Shown here: piece after piece, positions 1 through 11,703 of the stretch
How positions within the stretch are numbered: position 1 is the first letter of the stretch
How the letters are laid out: each line of letters begins with the position of its first letter
Assembly (NCBI GenBank): GCA_965221955.1
Contig: CBDCTA010000002.1
Coordinates: 156,929 to 220,928, forward strand
Length of the DNA stretch: 64,000 nt
Direction: 5' to 3'
Source of the DNA: Gammaproteobacteria bacterium
GTDB lineage: Bacteria > Pseudomonadota > Gammaproteobacteria > UBA4575
Translations under genes and position numbers: made by a program
Notes under the pieces: generated by a model
The model's database searches: none
Told to the model about the DNA's origin: nothing
Seen by the model: the letters and a program-made list of their open reading frames with translations, nothing else

Positions 1-679
1 AGTCATCACAACCGTAACCCGTTAAATCTTTTGTGCCAAACTGTTTACACAATGCGGAGTATGAAGACTCATACTCAAAATGCCAAGTAGGTACCGTTCT
101 CGAGGCATATTTGTTGTCGAAATGAATCAAGGCATCTTCAGCAACAATGATTTCTGCAGGCTGTATACGTTCAATTTCATCATGTAATTCTAGTACTGAA
201 TTGCATGTTTGTAATATGAAGTTACCAGAGCTTAAGTCTAAATAGGCTAATCCATGAGAAGATTGCGTTATGTTTATCGCTAATAAATAGTTTTCTTTGT
301 TCTTGTTTAATAATTCGTCTTCTATGACGGTGCCAGGTGTGATGACACGAGTCACTTTGCGTTCTACTAAACCTTTGCTTGTGGCGGGGTCACTCACTTG
401 ATCACAAATTGCGACCGATTCTCCCAATTTTAATAATTTTGCTAAATAAGTCTCTGTGGCATGCACCGGAACACCAGCCATGGGGATTTCATCTGCAGAA
501 TTTTTGTTACGTGAGGTGAGTGTAAGATCTAATAGTTTTGCAGCTTTTCTTGCATCTTCAAAAAACAGTTCAAAAAAATCGCCCATACGGTAAAAAAGCA
601 ACATATCGGGATATTCTGCTTTGATGCGTAGATATTGCTGCATCATTGGCGTATGTTTAATTGGAGGTCGTGCGATCAT
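1..679 (-). CDS. mutS: DNA mismatch repair protein MutS, N-terminal part (runs off window)
   Basis: Manual translation from ATG at 679: [43 protein letters not shown], the MutS domain I signature. Confidence 0.96.
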   Translation of the reverse strand, partial: MIARPPIKHTPMMQQYLRIKAEYPDMLLFYRMGDFFELFFEDARKAAKLLDLTLTSRNKNSADEIPMAGVPVHATETYLAKLLKLGESVAICDQVSDPATSKGLVERKVTRVITPGTVIEDELLNKNKENYLLAINITQSSHGLAYLDLSSGNFILQTCNSVLELHDEIERIQPAEIIVAEDALIHFDNKYASRTVPTWHFEYESSYSALCKQFGTKDLTGYGCDD

Positions 680-763
680 GTTTGCAGTCTAACGAAGTTC
701 GCTTTGAGAGACAGCCCAAATAGTATCCAAGTAATAAGAATAATTTTTGCTGACAAAATTTAG

Positions 764-1267
764 ATGACGGTATCAAGTAAAGACTTATCTAGAGGAGTTT
801 TAATTGAGCGGCTAGCTGAGCAATTGACGGAAAAAAATATAACAGTGGCAGTGGCGGAATCTTGTACAGGCGGAATGCTGGCACAAGAATTTACCGCATT
901 AAATGGCAGCTCAAAATGGTTTGAGTGTGGATTTGTAACCTACAGTAATGTCTCTAAAATTAAAATGTTAGGTGTAGAACCTCATGTGCTTGATGAGTAT
1001 GGAGCAGTCAGCTCACAAGTAGCTGAGCAAATGGCACTGGGGGTGCTTGCCCATAGTGATGCAACAATAAGTGCTTCAATAACAGGTATTGCTGGGCCTA
1101 GTGGAGGAACGGCAGAGAAGCCTGTTGGCACGGTTTATATTGGGACGGCGATGACAAACCAGGCTGCTAAAACTGAATTACACCAATTTCAAGGCGATCG
1201 AAAGTCGATTCGTGAGCAAACTGTCCAAGCGGCAATCTCACAGCTTATGGGGGAGCTCAATGGCTAA
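764..1267 (+). CDS. pncC: CinA C-terminal domain / nicotinamide-nucleotide amidase
   Basis: VAESCTGG, GFVTYSN and ITGIAGPSGG motifs; usual position upstream of recA. Confidence 0.92.
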   Translation: MTVSSKDLSRGVLIERLAEQLTEKNITVAVAESCTGGMLAQEFTALNGSSKWFECGFVTYSNVSKIKMLGVEPHVLDEYGAVSSQVAEQMALGVLAHSDATISASITGIAGPSGGTAEKPVGTVYIGTAMTNQAAKTELHQFQGDRKSIREQTVQAAISQLMGELNG

Positions 1268-1790
1268 AAAACGTTTGTTTTTTGGATTATTGCCCGATAA
1301 AGCTACTCATCAACAGTTGATTGAGCACTCAAGGTCTTTTCCTATTGTAAAAGGTGTCCGACCTGTGCCTAAAGATAATCTGCACATTACTTTATTATTT
1401 TTAGGTCACTTGGAAGCAAATGAGCGTAAGTGTTTGGAAAAAAAGATGGTACAAACATTTGTACAATCTTTTTCCTTGCGTTTTGACCTTTATGGCTACT
1501 TTAAATCTTCTCAAACATTGTGGCTTGGCTGTTCTTCCTATCCTATAGAATTAACTAGGCTTGTTAACCATCTAAAATCTATAGCGGAAAGTTGTGGTGC
1601 GAAAACTGATGAACGTATATATAAGCCACACATCACGTTATTCAAGAAAGTTCAGCAAGCAGAATTCCCTGAACGACCTTTCACAATTACTTGGCGGACA
1701 AATGAATTTCATTTGCTGGAATCAGTACCGCATGAAAATACAACTCGATATAATGTACTTAAGACACATTCGTTTTTACAAGAAGAGTAA
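1260..1790 (+). CDS. thpR: RNA 2',3'-cyclic phosphodiesterase (2H family)
   Basis: Two HxT motifs (LHITL, PHITL) and RLFFGL N-terminus; ATG 1260 follows a GGAG RBS. Confidence 0.9.
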   Translation: MAKKRLFFGLLPDKATHQQLIEHSRSFPIVKGVRPVPKDNLHITLLFLGHLEANERKCLEKKMVQTFVQSFSLRFDLYGYFKSSQTLWLGCSSYPIELTRLVNHLKSIAESCGAKTDERIYKPHITLFKKVQQAEFPERPFTITWRTNEFHLLESVPHENTTRYNVLKTHSFLQEE

Positions 1791-1879
1791 ATATAACTTG
1801 TGAAGTGTTCTTAGTGCTTCGAATGTGACAGTATTAATAAGTCAGCAATAATTATTCATATTTATCATAGAGGTGAGCA

Positions 1880-2941
1880 GTGGACGAGAATCGTAAGAAA
1901 GCACTAGTGGCCGCGCTGGGTCAAATCGAAAGACAATTTGGTAAAGGTGCAGTAATGCGCTTGGGAGATTCTACTGCCGCGCGTGATGTTGAAGTAGTTT
2001 CTACTGGATCCTTGGCGTTGGATATCGCTTTAGGTATTGGCGGTTTGCCAAAAGGCCGTGTAATTGAAATTTATGGTCCGGAATCTTCGGGTAAAACTAC
2101 GCTTACTTTACAAGCGATTGCAGAATGTCAAAAGCAAGGCGGTACTGCTGCTTTTGTTGATGCAGAGCATGCATTAGATCCGATATACGCTGAAAAAATT
2201 GGTGTGAATGTAGATGACCTTTTGGTTTCACAGCCTGATACAGGCGAACAAGCATTAGAAATTACTGATATGTTGGTTCGTTCTGGTGCTGTAGATATTG
2301 TTGTAGTGGATTCGGTTGCAGCATTAACGCCGCGTGCGGAAATTGAAGGTGATATGGGAGATTCGCACATGGGTTTGCAGGCGCGCCTCATGTCACAAGC
2401 ACTGCGCAAGCTTACCGGTAACATTAAACGTTCTAACACCATGGTGATCTTTATTAACCAAATTCGTATGAAGATTGGTGTGATGTTTGGTAGCCCAGAA
2501 ACCACTACAGGTGGCAATGCCTTGAAGTTTTACTCTTCTGTGCGCTTGGATATTCGTCGTATTGGCTCGATTAAGAAAGGCGATGAAATTCTTGGCAATG
2601 AAACCCGCGTTAAAGTAGTTAAAAATAAACTTGCACCTCCATTCAAGAAAGCCGAGTTTGAAATTCTATATGGAGAAGGCATTTCACGTTTGGGTGAGAT
2701 CATAGATATGGGTGTTGAGCATGGCTTAGTCGACAAAGCAGGGTCTTGGTATAGCTACAATGGTGAACGCATTGGTCAAGGAAAAGAAAATGCGCGCAGC
2801 TATTTAAAAGAGAACCCTGAAATGGCTGCTGAGATTGAAGAAAATTTACGTGCGCAATTATTGCCGAGTGAGGACGATATAAATCAAGATGCAGAGGCTG
2901 AACTTGACGCTCAAGCAGAGGAAGAAGCGACTGAAGCCTAA
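1880..2941 (+). CDS. recA: Recombinase RecA
   Basis: GPESSGKTT Walker [23 protein letters not shown]. Confidence 0.99.
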   Translation: MDENRKKALVAALGQIERQFGKGAVMRLGDSTAARDVEVVSTGSLALDIALGIGGLPKGRVIEIYGPESSGKTTLTLQAIAECQKQGGTAAFVDAEHALDPIYAEKIGVNVDDLLVSQPDTGEQALEITDMLVRSGAVDIVVVDSVAALTPRAEIEGDMGDSHMGLQARLMSQALRKLTGNIKRSNTMVIFINQIRMKIGVMFGSPETTTGGNALKFYSSVRLDIRRIGSIKKGDEILGNETRVKVVKNKLAPPFKKAEFEILYGEGISRLGEIIDMGVEHGLVDKAGSWYSYNGERIGQGKENARSYLKENPEMAAEIEENLRAQLLPSEDDINQDAEAELDAQAEEEATEA

Positions 2942-3392
2942 TACTGATAAACAAGAGCGGTCCATACGCAATACTGCTCTTGATATTTTAGCCAGGCGTG
3001 AACACACACGCCTGGAACTCTCACGAAAACTTAAAGCTAAAGACTTTTCTGAGCACGAAATAGAGGAATTGCTCGAAGTTCTTGGTCAAGAGGGCCTGCA
3101 AAGTGATGAGCGCTACGCGGAAAGCTATGTGAATATGCGTCGCAATCGCGGCTATGGTCCTTTGAAAATTAAACAAGAGCTTCAGCAGCGTGGAGTTTCA
3201 TCTGATCTAGTCGATCTATTTGTCGAGTTCAATGACGAAATCTGGTTAGACACTGCTTATCAGGCTTATGAAAAGAAATTTGCTGCCAAAGTTCTAAGTT
3301 CTGCCAATGAGCGAGCAAAACGCATGCGTTTCCTGCAATCCCGCGGGTTTACTGGTGATATAATCCAAAAAACATTTGCCCATTTTGGGTAA
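2889..3392 (+). CDS. recX: Regulatory protein RecX (start uncertain)
   Basis: [25 protein letters not shown] and FLQSRGF motifs; directly after recA. Confidence 0.93.
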   Translation: MQRLNLTLKQRKKRLKPNTDKQERSIRNTALDILARREHTRLELSRKLKAKDFSEHEIEELLEVLGQEGLQSDERYAESYVNMRRNRGYGPLKIKQELQQRGVSSDLVDLFVEFNDEIWLDTAYQAYEKKFAAKVLSSANERAKRMRFLQSRGFTGDIIQKTFAHFG

Positions 3393-3448
3393 ACAGATCG
3401 GTTTATAAAAATTTCAGGGTGCTAATGGAAGCGCCCGTTGTTATGTAT

Positions 3449-6046
3449 ATGGAACTTAGCTCAGAACTTCGCAGTGCCTTTTTAAACTACTTTAAAGACA
3501 ACGGTCATGAGATTGTACCGTCTAGTAGTTTGGTCCCTGGCAATGATCCTACCTTGTTATTTACTAATGCAGGCATGGTGCAATTTAAAGATGTATTCCT
3601 AGGAAAAGAAGTACTCAAATATTCGCGTGCAACATCGAGCCAACGTTGTGTAAGAGCAGGTGGTAAACATAATGATTTAGAAAATGTCGGCTACACTGCA
3701 AGGCATCACACCTTTTTTGAAATGTTAGGAAATTTCAGTTTTGGGGATTACTTTAAAACCGAAGCGATTCATTATGCTTGGGAATTTCTTACTAAAGTTG
3801 TTGGCTTGCCTGAGGAAAAATTATGGGTCACGGTGTTCGAAGAAGATGATGAGGCGGCTGATATTTGGTTGAATGAAATAAAAGTAAATCCTAATAAACT
3901 TGCGCGTATTGGTGCTAAAGATAATTTCTGGGCCATGGGTGATACTGGTCCATGTGGACCATGTACAGAAATATTTTATGATCATGGCGACAAAGTGCCA
4001 GGTGGACCACCAGGTACACCGGAAGAAGATGGGGATCGCTATGTAGAAATTTGGAACCTCGTGTTTATGCAATTTGACCGCGATAAACAAGGCAACTTAA
4101 ATCCTTTACCCAAACCTTCCGTAGATACAGGCATGGGTTTAGAACGTCTTGCAGCCATCATGCAAGGTGTAACGAATAATTATGATACCGATTTATTCAC
4201 TGGAATTATCAATACGGCTGCGGATATTGCTAACATAAAAGATACGTCAACACCTTCATTACGTGTAATTGCGGATCATATTCGTTCGTGTAGTTTTTTA
4301 ATTACTGATGGAGTCGTGCCCTCGAATGAAGGGCGTGGTTATGTATTACGACGCATAATTCGCCGTGCTGCGCGTCACGGAAACAAGTTGGGAGTGACTG
4401 AACCGTTTTTTTATAAGCTTGTACAACCTTTGGTAGACAATATGGGTGCTGCGTATGCAGAGCTTGTTGAGGCACAACAGCGAATTGAAAAAGTGCTGGA
4501 AAATGAAGAGCAACGCTTTAATGAAACCTTGCATCAAGGTATGCGTATTTTACAAGATGATATTAAAAACTTATCGGGTGACACTATTTCAGGTGAAACA
4601 GTATTTAAGTTGTATGACACTTATGGTTTCCCAGCAGATTTAACCGCAGATGTTGCGCGTGAGCAAAATTTAAAAATAGATGAAGCAGGTTTCCAAAAGC
4701 AAATGGAAGCGCAACGTGAACGTGGACGTCAAGCAAGTCGCTTTGACGTTGATTATGATGCTTCACTTGCAGTGCAAACCACTTCAGCATTTACCGGTTA
4801 TGAACACCTTGAAGACAATGCAGTAGTTAAAGAAATATTTGTCAACAATGAAAGTGTCAATGAGATCAAAGAAGGTGAAGCTGGCTTAGTAATTCTTGAC
4901 CAAACTCCGTTTTATGCTGAATCGGGTGGTCAAGTAGGTGATGTTGGTTTGTTAAAAAATAAGCAAGCTAATTTTGAGGTGAGTGATACACAAAAGCAAG
5001 GTAACGCACATGCGCATATCGGTAAACAAATTTCTGGTGTACTTAAAGTAGGAGGTAAAGTTAATGCACAAGTGGATGTTGCGCATCGTCAAGCAACAGT
5101 ACTAAATCATTCGGCAACGCATTTAATGCATGCCGCATTACGTCAAGTCTTAGGAACACATGTGCAACAAAAAGGTTCATTAGTTGCGCCAGATCGTTTG
5201 CGTTTTGATTTTTCACATGATTCTTCCATAAGTAATGAACAGCTACAACAGATTGAAGGTATAGTAAATCAACAGATACGTTTGAATACACAAGCTTCAG
5301 CGAAGACCATGTCAAAAGACAAAGCTTTGGAAGCGGGTGCGATGGCATTGTTTGGTGAAAAATATGGTGATGAAGTACGCGTGCTTTCAATAGGCGAGTT
5401 TTCGGTTGAGCTATGTGGTGGTACACATGTAGATCGCGTAGGTGATATTGGTGTTTTTAAAATTATTTCAGAATCTGGCATTGCTTCTGGTGTGCGTCGC
5501 ATTGAAGCGGTAACTGGGAACGGTGCATTGCAATGGATCAAAGAAAGTGAACGTCAGTTAGCAGATATTGCAGAGGCGGTGAAAGCTTCTAAATCAGAGG
5601 CAAAAGACAAAGTGGTGCAATTGGTTGAACGTAACCGTGCATTAGAAAAAGAACTCAGTCAGCTTAAAGGTAAGTTGGCTTCGCAGGCAGGTAGCGATTT
5701 AGCCAGTTCTGCAATTGAAATAGACGGAATAAAAGTGCTTGCACATAAAATTGAAGGCGCGGATCTAAAGTCATTACGCGACACGCTAGATCAGCTTAAA
5801 AGCAAGCTTGGTAGTGCTGCAATTGTGTTAGCTACGAGCAATGGCAGCAAAGTGAGTTTGATCGCAGGAGTGACCAAAGATCAAACCAATCGCATCAAAG
5901 CGGGTGATTTAGTTAATGCAGTAGCCGCACAGGTTGGTGGAAAAGGGGGCGGACGCCCTGATATGGCGCAAGCAGGGGGTAGTGATCCAGCAAAACTTGA
6001 TTCAGCATTGGAATCTGTTCCTGATTGGATACGTGCAAATCTATAG
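3449..6046 (+). CDS. alaS: Alanine--tRNA ligase
   Basis: [37 protein letters not shown] and GGKGGG motifs; start among 3419/3443/3449. Confidence 0.99.
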   Translation: MELSSELRSAFLNYFKDNGHEIVPSSSLVPGNDPTLLFTNAGMVQFKDVFLGKEVLKYSRATSSQRCVRAGGKHNDLENVGYTARHHTFFEMLGNFSFGDYFKTEAIHYAWEFLTKVVGLPEEKLWVTVFEEDDEAADIWLNEIKVNPNKLARIGAKDNFWAMGDTGPCGPCTEIFYDHGDKVPGGPPGTPEEDGDRYVEIWNLVFMQFDRDKQGNLNPLPKPSVDTGMGLERLAAIMQGVTNNYDTDLFTGIINTAADIANIKDTSTPSLRVIADHIRSCSFLITDGVVPSNEGRGYVLRRIIRRAARHGNKLGVTEPFFYKLVQPLVDNMGAAYAELVEAQQRIEKVLENEEQRFNETLHQGMRILQDDIKNLSGDTISGETVFKLYDTYGFPADLTADVAREQNLKIDEAGFQKQMEAQRERGRQASRFDVDYDASLAVQTTSAFTGYEHLEDNAVVKEIFVNNESVNEIKEGEAGLVILDQTPFYAESGGQVGDVGLLKNKQANFEVSDTQKQGNAHAHIGKQISGVLKVGGKVNAQVDVAHRQATVLNHSATHLMHAALRQVLGTHVQQKGSLVAPDRLRFDFSHDSSISNEQLQQIEGIVNQQIRLNTQASAKTMSKDKALEAGAMALFGEKYGDEVRVLSIGEFSVELCGGTHVDRVGDIGVFKIISESGIASGVRRIEAVTGNGALQWIKESERQLADIAEAVKASKSEAKDKVVQLVERNRALEKELSQLKGKLASQAGSDLASSAIEIDGIKVLAHKIEGADLKSLRDTLDQLKSKLGSAAIVLATSNGSKVSLIAGVTKDQTNRIKAGDLVNAVAAQVGGKGGGRPDMAQAGGSDPAKLDSALESVPDWIRANL

Positions 6047-6106
6047 CCTGATCATTAGAATCACGGCTCTTTTGTTTAAATAAAAATTTAGGGATAGCTA
6101 GTTAGT

Positions 6107-7342
6107 ATGGCGCTGATCGTACAAAAATTTGGTGGCACTTCGGTGGGTACCGTCGAACGCATTGAAGCAGTGGCTGAAAAAGTGATTGCTTCCAAGCAAC
6201 AAGGTCATCAAGTTGTCGTCGTAGTATCTGCTATGAGTGGCGAAACCAATCGTCTTATTGGTTTGGCTGAAGAAATTCAGGAAACGAAAACACCATCAGG
6301 ACGAGAACTCGATGTATTAGTGTCTACCGGAGAGCAAGTAACGATTGCTTTGCTTTCGATGGCTTTACAAAAAAGAAATTGTGATGCCGTATCTTGTACG
6401 GGTGGACAATTAAATATTCGTACCGACAATAAATTCAACAAAGCACGTATACAAACCATCGATGCCGATCGTCTTAAAAAATTATTAGATGATGGCAATG
6501 TCGTAGTCGTGGCGGGTTTTCAAGGTGTGGATGAGGAAGGCAACATCACAACGCTAGGTCGCGGTGGTTCAGATACCACAGCTGTTGCACTTGCTGCTGC
6601 AGTAAAAGCAGATGAATGCCAAATTTACACAGACGTAGATGGAGTTTACACAACCGATCCACGTGTTGAACCAAATGCACGCAGATTAGATCGAATTACA
6701 TTTGAAGAAATGTTAGAGATGGCAAGCCTAGGTTCAAAAGTATTACAAATTCGTGCAGTTGAGTTTGCCGGAAAGTATGATGTGCCGCTTAGAGTACTTT
6801 CATCTTTTGAAGAAGGCCCAGGCACTTTAATAACCTATGAGGATGACAGTATGGAAGATCCACTGATCTCAGGTATCGCTTTTAATCGCGATGAGGCTCA
6901 ATTGACCATAAAAGGGGTGCTCGATCAGCCGGGTGTGGCGGCCCATATTTTGGGCCCAATTTCGGCTGAAAACATCGAAGTGGACATGATTGTACAAAAT
7001 GTAGGCAATGATGATACCACTGATTTCACTTTTACTGTTCATAGAAATGACTATGATAAGGCACTGAAAATACTTGAAAATACTGCAAAAAAGCTTGGTG
7101 GAGGCAGTGTTGGAGGGGACCCAAATATCGTTAAATTGTCAATTGTTGGTGTAGGAATGAGGTCACACGCCGGAATTGCGAGTAGAATGTTCACAGCGCT
7201 GGCCGATGAGAAGATAAATATCCTCATGATTTCCACCTCGGAAATTAAGATTTCAGTGGTGATTGAGGAAAAATATCTTGAACTTGGAGTTAGAACGCTG
7301 CACGAAGCATTTGATCTAAGCCAAGCGGTGGAGGAAGGATAG
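6107..7342 (+). CDS. lysC: Aspartate kinase (alpha2beta2 type)
   Basis: VQKFGGTSV and LGRGGSDTTA motifs, two ACT domains; alaS-ask-csrA synteny. Confidence 0.97.
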   Translation: MALIVQKFGGTSVGTVERIEAVAEKVIASKQQGHQVVVVVSAMSGETNRLIGLAEEIQETKTPSGRELDVLVSTGEQVTIALLSMALQKRNCDAVSCTGGQLNIRTDNKFNKARIQTIDADRLKKLLDDGNVVVVAGFQGVDEEGNITTLGRGGSDTTAVALAAAVKADECQIYTDVDGVYTTDPRVEPNARRLDRITFEEMLEMASLGSKVLQIRAVEFAGKYDVPLRVLSSFEEGPGTLITYEDDSMEDPLISGIAFNRDEAQLTIKGVLDQPGVAAHILGPISAENIEVDMIVQNVGNDDTTDFTFTVHRNDYDKALKILENTAKKLGGGSVGGDPNIVKLSIVGVGMRSHAGIASRMFTALADEKINILMISTSEIKISVVIEEKYLELGVRTLHEAFDLSQAVEEG

Positions 7343-7473
7343 CGCTAAAAAATAATAACAAAACAGCTTTAGAATGGAGAGAGACCATAGAAGTAATTAT
7401 CAACTGCAAAAGTCGATAATTACGTTGGTTAACTAAATAAAATAATAAAAACGGACTATCTAGGAGATTGTGA

Positions 7474-7665
7474 ATGCTGATTTTGACCAGGAGAGTTGGT
7501 GAAACACTGATGATCGGTGATGATGTAACGGTTACAGTGTTAGGAGTAAAAGGCAATCAGGTACGTATTGGAGTGAATGCTCCACGTGATGTAGCAGTAC
7601 ATCGCGAAGAAATTTATGAGCGTATTAAGCGTGAAAAAACCAGTGTAAGTGAGTCAACGGGTTAG
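7474..7665 (+). CDS. csrA: Carbon storage regulator CsrA/RsmA
   Basis: [44 protein letters not shown]. Confidence 0.99.
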   Translation: MLILTRRVGETLMIGDDVTVTVLGVKGNQVRIGVNAPRDVAVHREEIYERIKREKTSVSESTG

Positions 7666-7764
7666 TTTTTCATTTACGTTTCGTTTTTGACTCGTCGTAC
7701 TTTCGGTTTTTTTTAATCACCGATATCAGTAACATAACTAAAAGCTCGTTCCGAGCTACTTCTA

Positions 7765-7965
7765 CTATTCTGAATTTTTTTCGGAAGCTTTAGTGATCAT
7801 GATGTCAAACCATAAATAGATCGCTAAAAAAATTGTCATCGAGCCAAAAAGAATAAGTATCCAGGCTATTACATGGAATTTTATAGGTAAAAACAGAATT
7901 GCTATACCAATTCCTATTTGTAAGATGCCGAGGAAGAAGGTTTGGATAGGAGAGAAAGTAGGCAT
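7765..7965 (-). CDS. Small hypothetical membrane protein (2 TM)
   Basis: 66-aa ORF with two hydrophobic stretches; starts 16 nt after the tRNA-Ser CCA; no clear RBS. Confidence 0.5.
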   Translation of the reverse strand: MPTFSPIQTFFLGILQIGIGIAILFLPIKFHVIAWILILFGSMTIFLAIYLWFDIMITKASEKNSE

Positions 7966-7979
7966 ATTGATGGATGATT

Positions 7980-8071
<92 letters not shown>

Positions 8072-8155
8072 GATTCGAACGTGAGTATATCGAATACCTA
8101 ATAATATATGTAATTCCAATCGGGTTATTCGCTATAATCGCCGGCTTCAAATTGT

Positions 8156-8232
8156 GCGCCCGTAGCTCAGCTGGATAGAGTACTCGGCTACGAACCGAGC
8201 GGTCGGGAGTTCGAATCTCTCCGGGCGCGCCA
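8156..8232 (+). tRNA. tRNA-Arg(ACG)
   Basis: GCGCCCGTAGCTCAGCTGGATAGAG...CTCGGCT-ACG-AACCGAG...GTTCGAATC...GGGCGCGCCA. Confidence 0.98.
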
Positions 8233-8456
8233 ATATAAAAAAGTCCTCTTCACCAGCTTAGATCTGTTTGTATCATCCACTAAGCAGTTCAAACTCGCCA
8301 TCTGTGTGCGTACTTCATATATTTGGTCATAATTTGGGCCTTATCTCGGTCATATAGGCTGCATGCGTTGTAATAATGCATCGATGACGTATCGAATCAT
8401 GAACCCTAATACTAGACTTCGTTCTATAATATTTAGACCAAATTAAGGATGTAAAA

Positions 8457-9410
8457 ATGTTGATTAAAACGCGTAAGCAAATGGATTTGTATGAGTCAGA
8501 TGTTACAGACCAAGCTGTATATAAAGAACGTCGTGTCTTTTTGCAAAAATCAGCATCGATTACCGCAGCTTCAATGGCACCTTCTTTATTATGGCCAACT
8601 ATTGGTGCAGCGGATATTCAGTTTAACAATATCATCAAAAGTGAATTCTCGACTAAAGATGAGTTAACTCCTATTGATGCAATAACTAGCTACAACAATT
8701 TTTATGAATTAGGTTTAGGTAAAGGTGATCCAAAGCGAAATGCACATCATCTTAAAGTAAAGCCTTGGAATGTATTGGTATCAGGTGAGTGTGAGGAAAC
8801 AGGTGAATTTAATCTCGAGGATTTTATTTCTCCAGCAAAACTTGAAGAGCGAATTTATCGGCTACGTTGTGTAGAAGCATGGTCAATGGTAATTCCGTGG
8901 GTAGGCGTTGAATTAGGCCCTATACTAAAAAAATTCAAGCCGACTTCTAAAGCAAAGTTTGTGGAATTTAAAACCATCTTAGATCCTGAAAACTTACCTG
9001 GACAAAAACGGAGTGTATTAGAGTGGCCGTATCGCGAGGGGCTGCGTATTGATGAAGCGATGCATCCATTAACAATATTAGCGGTTGGTTTATATGGAAA
9101 AGAACTGCCAAACCAAAATGGTGCACCACTTCGTTTAGTCGTACCTTGGAAATATGGTTTCAAAAGTATTAAATCGATTGTCAGTATTAACTTTTTAGAA
9201 GAACAACCTGCAACAAGCTGGAATGTTGCAGGGCCAAGAGAGTACGGTTTTTATTCCAACGTGAATCCGAATATTGATCATCCGAGATGGAGCCAAAAAC
9301 GTGAGCGAAGGATTGGAGAATTTCTAAAACGAGAAACTTTACCTTTTAATGGTTATGGAGATGAAGTCGCGAGCTTATATACGGGCATGGATCTTAAGAA
9401 AAACTTCTAA
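8457..9410 (+). CDS. msrP: Protein-methionine-sulfoxide reductase catalytic subunit
   Basis: Tat motif [39 protein letters not shown]. Confidence 0.97.
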   Translation: MLIKTRKQMDLYESDVTDQAVYKERRVFLQKSASITAASMAPSLLWPTIGAADIQFNNIIKSEFSTKDELTPIDAITSYNNFYELGLGKGDPKRNAHHLKVKPWNVLVSGECEETGEFNLEDFISPAKLEERIYRLRCVEAWSMVIPWVGVELGPILKKFKPTSKAKFVEFKTILDPENLPGQKRSVLEWPYREGLRIDEAMHPLTILAVGLYGKELPNQNGAPLRLVVPWKYGFKSIKSIVSINFLEEQPATSWNVAGPREYGFYSNVNPNIDHPRWSQKRERRIGEFLKRETLPFNGYGDEVASLYTGMDLKKNF

Positions 9411-9442
9411 TTTCATAGATAACAAAAAACACCTAAAAAATT

Positions 9443-10036
9443 GTGTTAACAAAACAAACGGGCAGGAAAGTGAAGCCCGTACTCTTTATATTATTGCTAC
9501 TACCTTTAGTATTGCTTGCGTACCGTTTCTATTCAGAAGGGTTGGGGGCTAATCCCATTGAAACGATTAATCGCTACACCGGAGATTGGGCGCTTAGAAT
9601 ATTACTTGCCACATTAGCATTTTCGCCTTTAATCAGGACGTTTCGCTGGAATGGCATTATTCAGTTCCGAAGAATGTTTGGGTTATTCGCCTTTTTTTAT
9701 GTTTGCTTGCATTTAACTTCTTATATTGTTTTAGATCAGTTTTTTGACTTCAGTGAAATTTTAGATGATGTCTTCAAGCGACCATTTATTACAGCGGGTT
9801 TTTCTGCTTTTATATTACTTATTCCACTTGCAATTACCTCAACCAATAAAATGGTTGAAAAGTTACAGTACCGTTGGATTCAACTACACCGCGTAGTGTA
9901 TGTCATTGCAATGTTAGCCGTACTGCATTTTTGGTGGATGGTTAAAATTGATACACGCGAGCCTATGATTTACGCCATAATATTAACCGTGTTGCTAGGT
10001 ATTCGTTTATTGTTCTATTTAAAACGAAAAGTCTAA
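9443..10036 (+). CDS. msrQ: Methionine-sulfoxide reductase heme-binding subunit
   Basis: LGANPIE, RRMFGL..FFY..LH and W..LHR.VY motifs; follows msrP. Confidence 0.95.
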   Translation: MLTKQTGRKVKPVLFILLLLPLVLLAYRFYSEGLGANPIETINRYTGDWALRILLATLAFSPLIRTFRWNGIIQFRRMFGLFAFFYVCLHLTSYIVLDQFFDFSEILDDVFKRPFITAGFSAFILLIPLAITSTNKMVEKLQYRWIQLHRVVYVIAMLAVLHFWWMVKIDTREPMIYAIILTVLLGIRLLFYLKRKV

Positions 10037-10080
10037 TTACACGAAATAAAATGGAAGTTCTGGTTTATAAATGTAATACC

Positions 10081-10127
10081 GGTCAGTTTGCTCCTGCAAA
10101 ACCGGCATACCATACATCCGTGTATAT
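10081..10127 (-). repeat. GGA-loop double-hairpin repeat
   Basis: Reverse complement ATATACACGGATGTATGGTATGCCGGTTTTGCAGGAGCAAACTGACC; same architecture as copies at 14161 and 14264. Confidence 0.75.
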
Positions 10128-10159
10128 AATATTAAGCAAAAGAGATCGAGAAAGTGGAC

Positions 10160-10207
10160 GACTGCATGGATGCAGGAGGTAGAGCATCGCATGGAGTAGT
10201 AGCCGAG
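10160..10207 (+). repeat. GGA-loop double-hairpin repeat
   Basis: GACTGCATGGATGCAGGAGGTAGAGCATCGCATGGAGTAGTAGCCGAG, closely similar to 62279-62325. Confidence 0.85.
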
Positions 10208-10278
10208 TGCATTAATGAATACATGAGCATTTCGAGAATTCTTTTAACGACATATCAGAATAAACCAGAGTTTCCATA

Positions 10279-11703
10279 ATGGCGTGGGAATATATAGTTG
10301 TCATCGATCAAGGTACGCATTCCACGCGTGCGGTGATCTATAATCGCTCAGGCGAATCCATTTTTAAGTCTCAAAAATCGATTGACCTCTTTTATCATGA
10401 CACTGGCCACATCGAACAAAATGGCCAGCAAATTCTAAATTCGTGTCAAACAGTATTAAATGAAGCGCATGAATATATTGAGGAAAACAATTTACAAAAT
10501 ATAGCAGCTGCACTTACTACACAGCGTTCTACAGTACTTGCTTGGGATGCTGATACTGGAGAAGCCATTACTCCAGCCTTGAGTTGGCTCGATACTCGCG
10601 CACAAGACAAGTTAAAAAACTTTCCTGTTGAAGAGAGTGTTATTAAAGAAAAAACAGGTTTGCCTTTGTCTCCTCACTATGGAGCTTCTAAGTTGCAATG
10701 GCTGCTTGAGCATGATGAAAAAGTTATCCAGAAGCAACAGTCTAAACAGCTTGTATTTGGACCGCTTGCAGCGTATTTAATATTTAACTTAATCGAAAAT
10801 CAGCCATGTTATGTGGATTATTCGAATGCGCATCGAACGTTGTTATGGAATTTACAAACTAGAAAATGGGATGAAGAATTGTTGAATGCTTTTTCGATTG
10901 ACTCCTCCTGCTTGCCTGAACCTGTTCCAAATCAATTTGAGTATGGAAAAATTAAGCAGTTTGGTTACCCGCTTGTGCTCGTAAATGGAGATCAAAATAG
11001 CGCAGTTTATGGATATGGAAAGCTTGAAGACCAAACCAGTTTTATTAATATTGGAACAGGTGCTTTTGTGTTGGCAATCCGTCAGCATCGACCAATATTA
11101 AATACACAATTGCTTTCTAGCATCACATTCAGTACCGATAAATACCAAGAATATGCTTTGGAAGGCACAGTGAATGGCGCGGGAGCAGCACTCTCATGGG
11201 CTGAAGAAGAATGGGGTATTAATAATATTGAAAAGGTGCCATGGAAGCATGTAGATAATGTACCCATATTCCTGAATACAGTAGGTGGGTTAGGTTCACC
11301 TTTTTGGCGTAGCGATATATCCCCTAGATTTTTGCATACAGATCATTCGCATCAGGATTATACGAATGAACAATGCATGGCTGCGTTGATGGAAAGCATT
11401 GTATTCTTAGTCACTATAAATATTGAAGAAATGCATGAGCATGGAGTGAAGTCTAAGCAGCTATTAATTGCGGGTGGAATGAGCAAAGATTCGCATCTGT
11501 GCCAATGTATAGCAGATTTGAACTCAGTGCCTGTTGTTGCATCCAGTTTCAAAGAAGCGACTTCTCGTGGTGCAGCTTGGTTAGTCATGCAACAAGCAGG
11601 GTGGGGAGTACCTAATAGTAAGTATTTTTATCCGACAGGGAATCAATCACTAGTATCTCGATATAATCAATTTAGGTCTGCACTAAAAGGAATTGCACAT
11701 TGA
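10279..11703 (+). CDS. glpK: FGGY-family carbohydrate kinase, glycerol kinase-like
   Basis: IDQGTHSTRA, TTQRST, GDQ and YALEG motifs; operon with glpQ/glpD-like genes. Confidence 0.8.
   Translation: MAWEYIVVIDQGTHSTRAVIYNRSGESIFKSQKSIDLFYHDTGHIEQNGQQILNSCQTVLNEAHEYIEENNLQNIAAALTTQRSTVLAWDADTGEAITPALSWLDTRAQDKLKNFPVEESVIKEKTGLPLSPHYGASKLQWLLEHDEKVIQKQQSKQLVFGPLAAYLIFNLIENQPCYVDYSNAHRTLLWNLQTRKWDEELLNAFSIDSSCLPEPVPNQFEYGKIKQFGYPLVLVNGDQNSAVYGYGKLEDQTSFINIGTGAFVLAIRQHRPILNTQLLSSITFSTDKYQEYALEGTVNGAGAALSWAEEEWGINNIEKVPWKHVDNVPIFLNTVGGLGSPFWRSDISPRFLHTDHSHQDYTNEQCMAALMESIVFLVTINIEEMHEHGVKSKQLLIAGGMSKDSHLCQCIADLNSVPVVASSFKEATSRGAAWLVMQQAGWGVPNSKYFYPTGNQSLVSRYNQFRSALKGIAH

Larger units (their letters stand above)
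10051..10277. mobile_element. MITE-like element with 18-bp imperfect terminal inverted repeats, carrying two nested hairpin repeats
   Basis: ATGGAAGTTCTGGTTTAT (10051-10068) versus reverse complement of 10260-10277, ATGGAAACTCTGGTTTAT (16/18); no ORF of 60 aa or more. Confidence 0.7.

Noticed and set aside
1790-1880. SOS box upstream of recA
   Set aside because: GTTC-TTAGTG-CTTC has the wrong spacing for GTTC-N7-GTTC, and no CTGT-N8-ACAG is present.
2128-2736. Antisense or alternate-frame ORFs inside recA and other conserved genes
   Set aside because: Shadow ORFs of strongly conserved genes with no independent coding signal.
8233-8400. Interrupted minus-strand ORF after tRNA-Arg(ACG)
   Set aside because: Short, two in-frame stops and no recognisable homology.
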